A stretch of DNA of 63,523 nucleotides, filler included, from Octopus bimaculoides (lineage: Eukaryota): the NCBI RefSeq assembly GCF_001194135.2. It is 6 parts of 6 records of this genome, joined end to end, with 100 filler letters (N's around TTAATTAATTAA, not from the genome) between each part and the next. Parts side by side here need not be neighbours in the genome. Positions count along the whole stretch, not along the records: positions 10,354 to 15,425 come from NC_068988.1; positions 15,526 to 47,302 come from NC_068990.1; 4 more parts are not named here. One strand, given 5' to 3'. A program made the translations under genes and the position numbers. The notes beneath the pieces are model-generated. The model had not been told where the DNA came from. It ran no database searches and worked only from the letters and a program-made list of their open reading frames with translations. Below, piece by piece: positions 10,741 through 23,650 of the stretch; position 1 is the first letter of the stretch; each line of letters opens with the position of its first letter.

Positions 10741-12109
10741 TTATGTATATATATTTGTATGTGTTTGTGTTCACGTTATATAAGTGTAAGCGTTTGAGTG
10801 TGTCTGTATGTTTGTGTGTGTTTGTGTTTGTTTGTGTTTGTGTGTGTGTGTATGTGTGTATGTGTGTGTGTGTGTGTGTATGTGTGTGTGTGTGTGTGTA
10901 AATTCTTCTTTTAGTTTGCCTAATACAGAAATTCAGCCTGCTTTTACATCTTATAATTTAATAAGCAGGAACGCTAATAGAATTTTCTCTAATCTAGGGA
11001 TATGTTTTCCTGTAATTTTTTTTTCTATCAATTCATAGTTAATTAATTCCTTGAAAAACTAACTTGGTTATTTTATTTAAATGATAAACTATATATACAT
11101 AATAAAGATTGAAATACGCTTGTAAATATGAATGTTTCTGAAAAGATAGAGACTATCACATGTAAACTTCAATTAATTTGAAATAATTCGATTCGGAAAA
11201 TGTCACGATCTTTCTGTATTAGGAATATTTTTTCATATATATATATAATGCGAAAAGACGAAATTAAGAGGGAATGGTGCTATAATTGAATCAAGTAATT
11301 TGAAAAATCTCTCATCATGACAATAAAAGAGAATAAAATAAATGGAATGTGAGTAAAATAACATCGACAATTTTACAAATATTTGATTAATAAGAAAAGA
11401 CTACAAACAGCAAATGTAATGAAAATACATAACATCACGATCAGTGGAGTAAAATATAAATTTCCATGAGGCCTTATCTGCTCACGAATATCGAGTTCGT
11501 TTTAGGTTATATAATTACAGATATTTTCTTAATACATTTACGAAGTTATAAATATCTCCAAATGAAATTGCAAAGTTAGTAATATATTAGAATAATCAAA
11601 TTTCGGTTCATATCATTTTGCACAAGTAAATGTATTCACAGGTGTTAATATCATATATGTCGTTGTAAACACATGTACATTTAAGACATTTCTTGTATCA
11701 TCGCTAGAATGATGTCTAACGCATATATGTTGTTTAAAATAATGTTAGAACATTTCCGGCTAATAATTTCTGTCTGACAATAGAATATTACTTGCAAAGA
11801 AACAAAAGTTTATATAAACAATATAAAATGTGTATATTTAATGTGTACAACATAAAATTCCTTATGAACTACATATTTTGATTTATGTGTTTTCATAAAG
11901 TTGGTATTAGTAGATTTACTGAGCATATTTTTGGAATATTCCAGTCGAATTTACATATTTAATAGATAATTCACTATTAGTGCTCTAAGTAATCATTTGT
12001 GAAACTGAATCAGATTTTCTCTTATTTCAATAACTGCATCTTTTTATGAGGGTGTATTTATCTGTCAACATAAGAGACTCTGTCAGTAGGATAGTGGTCT
12101 TTTTATATT

Positions 12110-12297
12110 TCTTTTTATCTTTTATTTGTTTCAGTCATTTAACTGCGTCCAGGCTGGAGCACCACCTTTAGTAGAGCAAATCGACGGCAAGACTTATTCT
12201 TTGGAAGCCTAGTACTTATTCTATCGGTCTTTTTGCCGAACCGCTAAGTTACGGGTGAGACAAACACAGACACACAAACATATACACACACCTACAT

Positions 12298-12348
<51 letters not shown>

Positions 12349-12353
12349 TATAC

Positions 12354-12392
<39 letters not shown>

Positions 12393-12633
12393 CACACACA
12401 CTCACACACACACATATATANNNNNNNNNNNNNNNNNNNNNNNNNTATATATATATATATACACATATATGCGACGAGCTTCTTTCAGTTTTCGTCTACC
12501 AAATCCACTAACAAGGCATTGGTCGGCCCGAGGCTATGGTAGAAGACACTTGCCCAAGGTGCCACGCAGTGGGACAGAACCCGGAACCATGTGATTGGTA
12601 GGCAAGCTACTTGCCACACAGCCACTCCTGCGT
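12110..12633 (-). mobile_element. SINE family B, near full length, CpG-rich, internal (TA)/(CA) microsatellite
   Basis: TTTCAGTCATTTAACTGCG..GCTGGAGCACCACC; GCCGAACCGCTAAGTTACGGG; GAAGACACTTGCCCAAGGTGCCACGCAGTGGGACAGAACCCGG; head ends CAGCCACTCCTGCG. Confidence 0.92.
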
Positions 12634-14477
12634 CTAGTAACAAAATTATAACAGAGCGTGTTCGATTGTCAGCGAAGTGTCTGTCATGATAGACAATATA
12701 TAAAACGATTAATAACTGGATCTCGAGTTGAGTAACAAACTCCTCTTCAGAACTAAATCCTACACGTGCGCACACGCACATACTCGCGCGCGCGCACACA
12801 CACAAACGCACATAAGCACACAGAGACAGACACATAAATTCACACAGACAAATTAAGGTATATTGTGAAATATACCATAATCTACCATTTGAACGATTTT
12901 CATTAACGTTGAGATAGCAGAACCCCAAAACATTGGGGTGGCCTAATCCTTTTGGCCAAGGCTGTATATATATATACCTATACATATATATATANNNNNN
13001 NNNNNNNNNNNNNNNNNNNNNNNNNNNNNNNNNNNNNNNNNNNNNNNNNNNNNNNNNNNNNNNNNNNNNNNNNNNNNNNNNNNNNNNNNNNNNNNNNNNN
13101 NNNNNNNNNNNNNNNNNNNNNNNNNNNNNNNNNNNNNNNNNNNNNNNNNNNNNNNNNNNNNNNNNNNNNNNNNNNNNNNNNNNNNNNNNNNNNNNNNNNN
13201 NNNNNNNNNNNNNNNNNNNNNNNNNNNNNNNNNNNTATATATAATACATACACGTAAACGTTGAACGATGAAATGAGTGCTTAACACCGCTTTGGTGGAT
13301 ATATAGCATTATTTCACGAATAAAGAAAGTAGGTAATATATATATAATAAAATTTAAGAATGAGCTGATGGTAATAAAGTGAATGTGAAGCAGTTAATTT
13401 ACTGTGAAGTGAACCTCAGACACAGAAGTATAAATTCTAATAAAAACAGAAATAAAAAAAATGATTTAAAAAATGATACAAAATAAACCAATTGATTATT
13501 TCGATCACACGACGATGCATATTCTAGATATACTCTAGACATGATTTGAGTCTTCTGTTAGAAGTAAATTATAGTAAATTATCACCTTGATATAGTAGAC
13601 AGGAGAAAGAGTTTTATCAAGCAATATGTAATGATTACTTCCAACATCTGTTGAGAAATCTGTCTCCCTGGTTTACAAATGCAATATATTATATAAGCTA
13701 TTACTGCTTTATTCAAATAAGATTATCCAAACATCTTGAAATGTCAAAGTATTCAAACTTTGAAAATTGTTAACGTGTGTGTTTTAAAAATAAAACGTGG
13801 CGTGTGAGTGGGAACCGAGGGAGTATTTTGAAAACTCACACGAACGTTACAAATCATACACCAACAGAAAAATAGACATAATGACACAGGTATGCAACTA
13901 AATAACTATGTATTTAGAAAAGACTATGTTTTCAGACGAAGACAAAAACATTATGATGTTTTTCGTGTTTCACATACTGATAGGAAAAAAGGAAATTAGG
14001 AAAAAAATTATGATAGAATATTCAGAAGAATATTAAAACCTGAACTCAAATAGAAATCAAAAACTGGGTATAACTTATTTAATGAGTTAGATATAAAATA
14101 CAACTTAAACATAATGATCTGAATATTAGAGATTTCAAAAGTTTGACAGGAAACAATGAAGTAAACTTCATCGCGGCCATCCGAAAATGTTTTCACAGAT
14201 TTGGTATATTTAATATATATACATACCGGTTATAGATGAGGGTTATGTATGTTAGTAGTAAATGAAAAAAAAAATTCAAAAAGGTTACTACGGTATAACA
14301 GTTGTAAAAATATCAAAATAATTACAAGTCAGAAAGAGAAGCTGATAAAAGATAAAATAGCATGAAAATTAGAATAAGTATAGAGTATAAGCGTGAAAGC
14401 TTGCCTCAATCTAATAAGCAAAAACCTAAAGGGGAGTAAAACATATAAAAACTAAAACAAAAAAATCATGATGAATC

Positions 14478-14535
14478 TTCAAGGTGGTACTCCAGCATGG
14501 CCACAGTCAAATGACTGAAACAAGTAAAGAAATGA
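14478..14535 (+). mobile_element. SINE family B 3' tail fragment
   Basis: AAGGTGGTACTCCAGCATGGCCACAGTCAAATGACTGAAACAAGTAAAG. Confidence 0.85.
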
Positions 14536-14874
14536 AAGATTATAAGTATTGAAATATGGAAACTAGCGTGAAATCATTGACTTGTCAATAACATATCACA
14601 GTCAAGTGTTTATCCATGAAATCAAGGAAATTAAGTCATAGACGGAACATGGTAGGGAGAAGGTCAGAGGGTGGACGACAATTATTCCTGCGGCGAATGA
14701 TGCACGCTGTACGACACCAAGCTGTTACTCAAGGGACTGAAATATACTGGGCTTGTGACAAGTATTCAAAGCTTTCAGAAACGTGCTACACTGTATTCAA
14801 GTGGAGAGAAAAAAAATCAACCCCAAAACAAAAGTTAAGATTGGAAGAGTCTTGTGCTACCAAAGCTCTCGATA

Positions 14875-15027
14875 GCATCAGCCCAAGTGCTTGATTGGTA
14901 CTCATTTTAAGGGCCCCGAAAGTATGCAAGTCGATCTCAGAAGAATTTGAACTCAGAGTGTTTTAACTTACAAAATGCCGGTATTCATCTTGTCAGCTGT
15001 GCTAACGATTCTGCAAGCTCACTGAAT
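14875..15027 (-). mobile_element. SINE family A, diverged
   Basis: GGTACTCATTTT...CCCCGAAAG...AATTTGAACTCAG...TGCTAACGATTCTGCAAGCTC is the reverse complement of the head and core. Confidence 0.75.
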
Positions 15028-15044
15028 TATAATAATAATAATAA

Positions 15045-15097
<53 letters not shown>

Positions 15098-15248
15098 AAG
15101 TAATAATAATAGTAATAGTAACATCCTACGTAAAACACTTCCAATACAGTAACCATAAGAGCATCACAACAAACTACAGCACATACCCAAGGCACACAGA
15201 GCTACGCTTGGCACTGCAGTGAAAGCACGTTATAAAAATAACATTACA

Positions 15249-15308
<60 letters not shown>

Positions 15309-15363
15309 CAACAACAACAACAAATATAATAATAATAATAATAATAATAACAACAACAACAAA

Positions 15364-15425
<62 letters not shown>
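15028..15425. repeat. Compound (AAT)n/(AGT)n/(AAC)n microsatellites
   Basis: Visible trinucleotide arrays at 15028-15120 and 15250-15425. Confidence 0.95.
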
Positions 15426-15525
15426 NNNNNNNNNNNNNNNNNNNNNNNNNNNNNNNNNNNNNNNNNNNNTTAATTAATTAANNNNNNNNNNNNNNNNNNN
15501 NNNNNNNNNNNNNNNNNNNNNNNNN
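15426..15525. other. Artificial scaffold-joining spacer
   Basis: 44 N + TTAATTAATTAA (15470-15481) + 44 N. Confidence 0.97.
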
Positions 15526-15564
<39 letters not shown>

Positions 15565-16332
15565 TATATATATATATATATATGCATACATACATACACA
15601 CACACATGCTTACAGGGACAAACACATTTATATAAAAATGATGTGCGTCGCACCTTTGTGTATGTGTATGCGTGTGTATGCGTGTAAGACAGAGAAAGAG
15701 AGGCAGAAGAGGAATGCATGTCTATTATGAAGCATACAATTTAAGTTCTTGATTAATTAAAATTATCTTTCATTCATGAGAATAATAATCAAATACCTCT
15801 TGGAAATAGTGACGAACTCTTAATGAGAATGTGAGATAATCTCAAGTATTTTGTTTATTTCGAAACTGACATACCATCGACAAGTGTGACATGTCTGGAA
15901 AGATATTCGCTTCCAAACTTTAATTGAAATTAAAAGAATATAAGTATTTTTCAGTGAAACGATATTTGTGAACAAATGTATTTTTGCGATAAGTAGTATA
16001 GTATTTTGCAGTCGATAGAGTGTGGGATAAAATGCATTGCCGTATACGTTCCGGTTCTTTACGTTCAAATATTCCCAAGAGAGGTTTGCCTTCTACGTTC
16101 TCGAGGTAGATAAAACAATGTATCACTTTAAATAATGTCATCAATCGAATCAATTACTAACCCACTCATTAAAATCACTAGCATTGTTCTTTAAACTGAA
16201 AAATAATTGATACACCATTTTGACCAACTGGTTTAGGCCTATCTTGAATTTTTTTGGGAAAAAAGCGTATTCTAATTTTCTGCCTATAAGTTTTCCAGTT
16301 TCAAATATTTCATTGCGTTGTTGGACAACAAT

Positions 16333-16548
16333 GTCACAGGAGTGGCTGCGTGGTAAGTAGCTTGCCTACCAACCACGTGGTTCCGAGTTCAGTCCCACTG
16401 CTTGACACTATGGGCAAGTGTCTTCTGCTATGGCTTCGGGCTGACCAAAGCCCGTTGTATATAAGCATATATGTTACGGGGATGTAAACACACCAGCACT
16501 GGTTGTCAAGGGGTGAAGGTGGACAAACAGAAACAAACAGACACACAT
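16333..16548 (+). mobile_element. SINE family B with head on plus and body segment on minus
   Basis: 16333-16460 is a plus-strand head plus CORE-like segment; 16473-16548 (GTTACGGGGATGTAAACACACCAGCA..GGTTGTCAAG..GGACAAAC) is the reverse complement of the post-microsatellite body. Confidence 0.8.
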
Positions 16549-16580
16549 GAACTATATATANNNNNNNNNNNNNNNNNNNN

Positions 16581-16614
<34 letters not shown>

Positions 16615-17320
16615 TCTATATACGTCTCTATATATATATTTATATAATTACTTTTAATGAATTTAAGTAAAATAACTTTATATTAGGAAGAAAATATTAT
16701 TCGATATATATTTTTCCTCGAGTGATTTTTGAAAAAATCCCATGACTCAACTAAACACACACATGTACATTCATAGGCACACATATACATCGCATATATT
16801 TGTGAAAGAATCACATATCCAATTCATGATTTTTGTCAGCAACGAAGGACTTTGTTCAGAAGTTTATCTTGAGAGAAGTCACTTGGGATTAATATCACTA
16901 CTTCTTTATTCGACGCACAAGAACTTTTTTTATATTTGTGCCTTGTTATATCGTTTTTGTACGATCCGTTTCCCTCTTGAAGTATAATGTTCAGTTCATA
17001 CATGCTTAGGCCAGTCTTTGTGTGAGGAAAACACCACAGTATTATTGGCAATAAATGAACTTCTACCACAACTGTCAAAGACCTATTTATCGAACCGATT
17101 GTTGCTTATCTCTAGGAAAGCCCATTTAAAGGATATTTCAGTGATGATATTCTACTCCTTTATTAATTCTCTCTCACCACTGTGTGTCATGCATTCTATT
17201 TCATAATATCAATATCAGTGATTTTTTTTCCGCTTGGAGGAAATTACTATCTCGAGGCTTTTCTATAATGCTGGTATTCAAATAATAATATATTCAGTTT
17301 GGAAAAATCCACAGATGTAT

Positions 17321-17375
<55 letters not shown>

Positions 17376-17486
17376 TGCAGAGGCAAGCACACTTACACGC
17401 ACACACACACTCATATATATACATGTATATAATATTAATACATACAAACATATGTGCATATTAACACACACATACCTATGGGTTTG

Positions 17487-17521
<35 letters not shown>

Positions 17522-18188
17522 GCATTTGTGTATCTATCCCTCTCGTACTCTTTCTCTTCTTTACTCGTTCTCCTCAAGTCCCCCTCTTTCTCTACACATA
17601 CACATATTTGTCTATGGATTTCCTATAGCTTAGAGGCGGTAGTCCAACATCCATGACCCGTGAAATATAAATGGACTAATAGATTTAGGGATGCAATTGT
17701 TTTAAGCTAAACATACAATACTGACAAAGAAATAGGAAAAAAACCTTCAATAAAATCTATCAAGTTTGAACATTTCATATAGCATGCTTGGAAGAAAAGT
17801 TGTTCTTGCACCACCCATCCATACATAAATAAACAGATACATGAACACACTTGCATACAAAATCCCCAAATGCATGCATACTCACACATACATGTATATA
17901 TATATATTACTTTTCACGGTACTTTACAGGATGCTGCATGCATCAGTCTATTTCGACAAGTGTAAACCAGGGGCAAGTTAGAAAACGCATAGTTCTCGTA
18001 GTCAACTATGAAAAATTCAGGAATTCATTGAAATAGAATAGGTGATGAAATTTTCCTTAAGGACTTTTTATTTGAAAGTTATTTATTTGAAAACAATATT
18101 TGTACAGAGATAAAAAGGGAAGTAAAAAAGAAAAATTACGAGCGGTAAATGAAAAGCGATTTCACAGATAAAGATGAAGGGTGCGAGT

Positions 18189-18190
<2 letters not shown>

Positions 18191-18278
<88 letters not shown>
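18191..18278. repeat. (GA)n microsatellite
   Basis: About 44 perfect GA units. Confidence 0.97.
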
Positions 18279-18282
<4 letters not shown>

Positions 18283-18976
18283 ATAATATGTAAGAGAAGA
18301 ATGAATGAAAGGAAACACCGCACAGTGACGGATATGAAGAGGTGTAGAAAGTTTCTTCGACAAAATCTTTTAGATCAGCCGATTGCCGTTGAAAAGGTTA
18401 TATTTAGAAAGCATATATTTTAAAGGAATGCTATTGAAATAAATAGCTTATGTTGTGTATCGTTATAAAGAGGAGGCATAATGAATAAAAAATCTAACAG
18501 ACGCGAGGGAGATGTGATGAAGAAACATGATGACACTCAAGATATTTGTTCGGTATACCGTAATGCATCAAATATTGATGGTTGGGGTTAGTCTTTTAGG
18601 AAAAGATCGTTAACAAAATCTGTTTAAAATAACAAAAAACCTTGTAGACGTTTTCACAGTCAGAATAAAAGAACTTAAACTCTTCATCCGTATCTGCATA
18701 TTTGCAAATAAATATGAAAAGAAGAGGCGGCGGTTGTACGGTAATAGTTGTTCGTACCTCTTGTTTACATCTAGAAATTAATTTTTATCAAATCATATCT
18801 TATTTAACGTTGGTTCATATAGCATAGTTTTTTTTATAAATCCGATACGTAAAAAAATATAAAACCAAAATACTGTAAAATAATTCGCAAAGTCTATGTT
18901 TCTCAAACAAAACATTTGTTTAGTTTTGGAATTTGTTGCATTTTCCTTTCAGAACATAAGCAACGCTGATAAACGA

Positions 18977-19193
18977 TCTTTTCTACTCTACGCACAAGGT
19001 CCGAATTTTTAGGGACTGGGGGCCAGTCGATTACATCGACCCCCAGTACGCAACAGGTACTTAATTTATCGACCCCAAAAGGGTGAAAGGCAAAGTCGAC
19101 CTAGGCGGAATACGAACTCAAAACGTAAAGACGGACGAAATACCGCTAAGCATTTCGTCCGGCGTGCTAAGATTTCTGCCAGCTTGCCTCCTT
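18977..19193 (-). mobile_element. SINE family A, full length, CpG-intact
   Basis: Reverse complement of the whole 63246-63468 element, with CpGs retained. Confidence 0.92.
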
Positions 19194-20559
19194 GAAAACG
19201 ATTCTATATCGTCCACTTCATAGAGCTATGCCTCCTTGAACGTAAAAGTGAAGACTAAAACCAGAAATTGGATTTAATAGTCACGAAATATTATTTTCTG
19301 TACTATTGTCTCTTTGATCTCTCTTGTATAAACTGAACGCAAAATATTTCTTTTCAGACTTTCTAGGAATAATTTGCCTCTCGGCTAGTGCTGAGTAAAA
19401 GTTGTAACGAATGAGGTCAAATGAATAAATAAAACTAGATGTAGTGGTGTCTACAAATTAAACAAAGTGATCGAGCTGCGAGCTTGTTTGAAGTTTGCCA
19501 AATTTAAAAGTAGCTATTTTTTTCTTTTTCATCGGTTTTAACTTCCGTTGGTTCACTTGATTTGCACTTCTCCTGAACCTATCAACTATAAAAAGTACTG
19601 AAGAGCAAGAGATAGTTGGTTTGTCTCTTCCTCTCATTCTCTCATATTATGCGTATATTGGACATATATAATTAAGAGATTAGATGTTGGAATGAAGATA
19701 ACAGAAGAAAAGCAACAACATACGAATATGTTAATACATAACATCGATAATGCTGCGCATGCCAAATGAGGAAACTCTAGACAGAAAAACCAGGACGAAA
19801 TGGTGCTGGACAAAGCGGTGAGATCAATTGCTTCACCTTGAGAGTGGAATGAATGCACTAGAAACTGAAAAAGTATTTTCATTCATGTTCCTTTCCACAC
19901 CAATTCTTTTTCATATTATATCATTTCTATTGAACGTAATTCTATTCTCATCCCGCATCCCTCGTTGATTTTTTCAATGTTTTTAAATTTAATTAGAATA
20001 AGTTAAAAAATATATTTCAGCTCACTTAAAATCAACTTCATATTTTTAACAATCACGAATGTTCTCTATGTCTTTTCTATAAAAATCTGAAATTAAATGT
20101 TAATGAAGCCGTTTATATTTCTTCAATTACATTCGTACTTGAATCTCAAAACATCTTTAAGCAGTATTAATCAAAATAAAATTTAAAATCCTCTACTTAA
20201 GTTTTTAATATAATATTTATTTATACAACCAGTTTAATTTATACAAGCACCCCTCATCTAACTTTATTTTTAAGAAACCGATATTTTATTTTTATACTTA
20301 CACTTTTATGCATGAAATTTAATATTTTAATTTTGGAATTACTTTTCACTTTTATTCATAACTAGTAAACGATATTTTCTCACTCGAACTAAAAAACACA
20401 TTGCAACTATTACAGTAACGGCATGAATGTACATACATTATAATACCATCAAAATCTTTGAAAATATACAAGAAAATACACTTGGGCAGAGAATTCGAGA
20501 TCATTATTTTAGTTCTAGAAATTTTCAAAGGATTTGAATCGAAATTTTTTAGTCTAGTG

Positions 20560-20748
20560 CAGTGATTCACAAAATGGGCGGTACCGCCACCCCATGGGTG
20601 TGTGTGTGTGTGGAACAATCGGTAATGAAAGTTGAAAAAATGGGGCGAAAATGTTGTAGCCAAAGCGGGGTCCTGGATAGCAGTCCTCACTTCTAGTTTT
20701 CATGGGTGTACTATCGGGCTTAGGAAATAATGTTAGAAAATCGATCTG
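20560..20748 (+). mobile_element. hAT (Charlie-like) left end or small MITE
   Basis: CAGTGATTCACAAAATGGGCGGTACCGCC preceded by GTCTAGTG, resembling CAGTGGTTCCCAAA termini and NTCTAGAN target sites. Confidence 0.5.
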
Positions 20749-21282
20749 TGCTGGAAGTTAGTTTTCTTCTCTAAATACGAACAAAATAGTTTACTGATGA
20801 AAAAAATTCCTTGGAGAGACAAAAGAAATGATACTAAAAAGCAAAACAAAAGAATATATATATATATATATATATATACATACATATATATGATCCTTCA
20901 TTTCTTCTCAATCTTTTATTTATCTGATCATAAATAAAAGGTTTGTACTCAAGCAAAATTAGCCTCTCCCATTTATAGAAAATAGCATACAACGAATTGG
21001 TTAAAATAAAGGCGGGATCGATGCAAGTAATTTCGGTACACAAGGAAAACTGTAACGCATGCGGATTGGTCAAAACCATATTCCAAAAATTCTTTTTGTT
21101 GGAGCCTTGTAAGAGGTACAAAAAGGGAAACGTTAATCATTTTAATACATTTATCAAGAACTCAACTGTCTGTTACATGCATCTTGAAATCTAATTATTA
21201 CTACGAACATATGAAAGCGCAAATTGGACTCCATGGAACATTAAAAAATATTGTTTAACACACTTCAACATTGTAAAAAAGA

Positions 21283-21313
<31 letters not shown>

Positions 21314-21392
21314 ATACAGATTTGTGTGCATGTATGTGTGTATATGTATATGCATATGCATCTAAGTATATATGTATACATATGTACACACA

Positions 21393-21450
<58 letters not shown>

Positions 21451-22349
21451 CATAGATACATACACATATATATTAATATATATATACATACGTATTGATG
21501 TAATGCTTGCATTGATCGATCAAACGAAGCCGTCTGAAACGGCCGTATTGCACTAATACCATTACATCCTTGTTAATTATTTGCTTTATATATATACATA
21601 TATNNNNNNNNNNNNNNNNNNNNNNNNNNNNNNNNNNNNNNNNNNNNNNNNNNNNNNNNNNNNNNNNNNNNNNNNNNNNNNNNNNNNNNNNNNNNNNNNN
21701 NNNNNNNNNNNNNNNNNNNNNNNNNNNNNNNNNNNNNNNNNNNNNNNNNNNNNNNNNNNNNNNNNNNNNNNNNNNNNNNNNNNNNNNNNNNNNNNNNNNN
21801 NNNNNNNNNNNNNNNNNNNNNNNNNNNNNNNNNNNNNNNNNNNNNNNNNNNNNNNNNNNNNNNNNNNNNNNNNNNNNNNNNNNNNNNNNNNNNNNNNNNN
21901 NNNNNNNNNNNNNNNNNNNNNNNNNNNNNNNNNNNNNNNNNNNNNNNNNNNNNNNNNNNNNNNNNNNNNNNNNNNNNNNNNNNNNNNNNNNNNNNNNNNN
22001 NNNNNNNNNNNNNNNNNNNNNNNNNNNNNNNNNNNNNNNNNNNNNNNNNNNNNNNNNNNNNNNNNNNNNNNNNNNNNNNNNNNNNNNNNNNNNNNNNNNN
22101 NNNNNNNNNNNNNNNNNNNNNNNNNNNNNNNNNNNNNNNNNNNNNNNNNNNNNNNNNNNNNNNNNNNNNNNNNNNNNNNNNNNNNNNNNNNNNNNNNNNN
22201 NNNNNNNNNNNNNNNNNNNNNNNNNNNNNNNNNNNNNNNNNNNNNNNNNNNNNNNNNNNNNNNNNNNNNNNNNNNNNNNNNNNNNNNNNNNNNNNNNNNN
22301 NNNNNNNNNNNNNNNNNGGTTAAATTGTATTTCTGATTTTTGTTTCTTT

Positions 22350-22454
22350 TTGCGCCCTTCGAAAGTGTAGCCAGGCTCATGGGCCCGGTTTCCAGGTTTC
22401 TATGGCGTATGTGTTCCCCCCAGCTGGACGGGACGCCAGTCCATCGCAGCGTTA
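22350..22454 (-). mobile_element. SINE 3' part with V-domain-like core
   Basis: Reverse complement CTGCGATGGACTGGCGTCCCGTCCAG matches the V-SINE central motif as I recall it, followed by ATAGAAACCTGGAAACCGGGCCCATGAGCC. Confidence 0.7.
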
Positions 22455-22489
22455 TTAAAAAAACAGGAAGAAAAAGTGACAGAAAGTTT

Positions 22490-22552
22490 GGGCGAAAGAG
22501 CACAACAGGGGTCGCCAAAGGTCGGCATTGCAAAAACATTTGGAAAACACTG
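22490..22552 (+). mobile_element. hAT (Charlie-like) right end
   Basis: GGGGTCGCC...CATTTGGAAAACACTG (reverse complement CAGTGTTTTCCAAATG) followed by GTTTACTG. Confidence 0.5.
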
Positions 22553-23534
22553 GTTTACTGTGTCGACATTTAAATTTAGTAATCCTTTTATTGAAGTGTT
22601 ACATTCATATGTACATGTAGTTTACATCTAAAATGAATTCTTTATAACATGATCTTGTCGAAAGATTTTTATTTTAAAATCCATCGCATGTCACTTAGAA
22701 ATCCATGACGTAATGTTGCAGACGCATACGTCAATGGTTCGACGGATTGAAATAAAGGCATTTACCTCAATTATGAGATATTTATGCACTAGCATATTCA
22801 ATATCATTGTCATGAGTTTCATAAGTTTTCTTCGCCCCACATTTCTGTGAACTCTCAGTTCATTCTATACCTTCTTCAGAGCTTTACAAAAAACAAGTTA
22901 CTTCCCTCTTACTCATCGTCACCATTTCTTCAACTATCTACATTCCAGTTTTTAGAAAATCCTTTCAATGAAAGCATATAATACGAAAAATATTTGGCTT
23001 TCTAAATTCTTTCTCTTAATATCTGTAATCTGGATAACTTTTGTTTTCCTTCAGTTTCGTTGTATTATTTATTATATCGCATTCACTGTGCCAGTATCTC
23101 TGTCTCTTGCCTATGGTTTTTTCATTCAATCTCCCTTTGTCTCTTCCTCTCATTCTCTCATATTCTGCGTATTGTTTTCAAACTAATCCGTTTGAATTAA
23201 AAACTAGAAACAGGAAACTCATAGTTTATGAAATTCTTAAACCATATACCCTTCCTATGACATTCAAAATTTTCCATAGCTGCATTCCAAAAATTTACCT
23301 TCCTTAACTTGTTACTATTATCACACTCGTCTGATGAGATCAGTAGATACATATAGATTGCAGTTTGTCAAAAATCATTAAAACAAATAATTAGATAAAT
23401 ATTTATTCACGTCATTTTTACGTTTTTGAGTTCCTCTGTTGATATTGGCTGTAAGTAATATTATATTTGGTTCAATCGCCTGCGCATACACTAGCTCACA
23501 CACATTTATATATATGCGAGCATCTCCGGATACG

Positions 23535-23650
23535 TACGCATGTATGTATGTATGTATGTATGTATGTATGTATGTATGTATGTATGTATGTATGTATGCA
23601 TGCATGTATGTATGTATGTATGTATGTATGTGTGTATGTATGTATGTATA
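23535..23650. repeat. (TATG)n microsatellite
   Basis: Visible tetranucleotide array. Confidence 0.95.

Noticed and set aside
12700-12765. Hammerhead candidate on minus (CUGAAGA, stem GAGUU/AACUC)
   Set aside because: GAAA is replaced by GAGA, and stems I and III do not pair.
13801-13842. 9-bp inverted repeat CGTGTGAGT/ACTCACACG
   Set aside because: Built from TG/CA-like low-complexity sequence that is abundant here.
14560-14894. 92-aa ORF in complex sequence
   Set aside because: No recognisable motif or splice signals, with stops in neighbouring frames; probably TE debris, which I could not assign.
21528-21544. Neisseria DNA uptake sequence GCCGTCTGAA in a small hairpin
   Set aside because: A single 10-mer in eukaryotic repeat-rich context, expected by chance; no bacterial-like DNA nearby.
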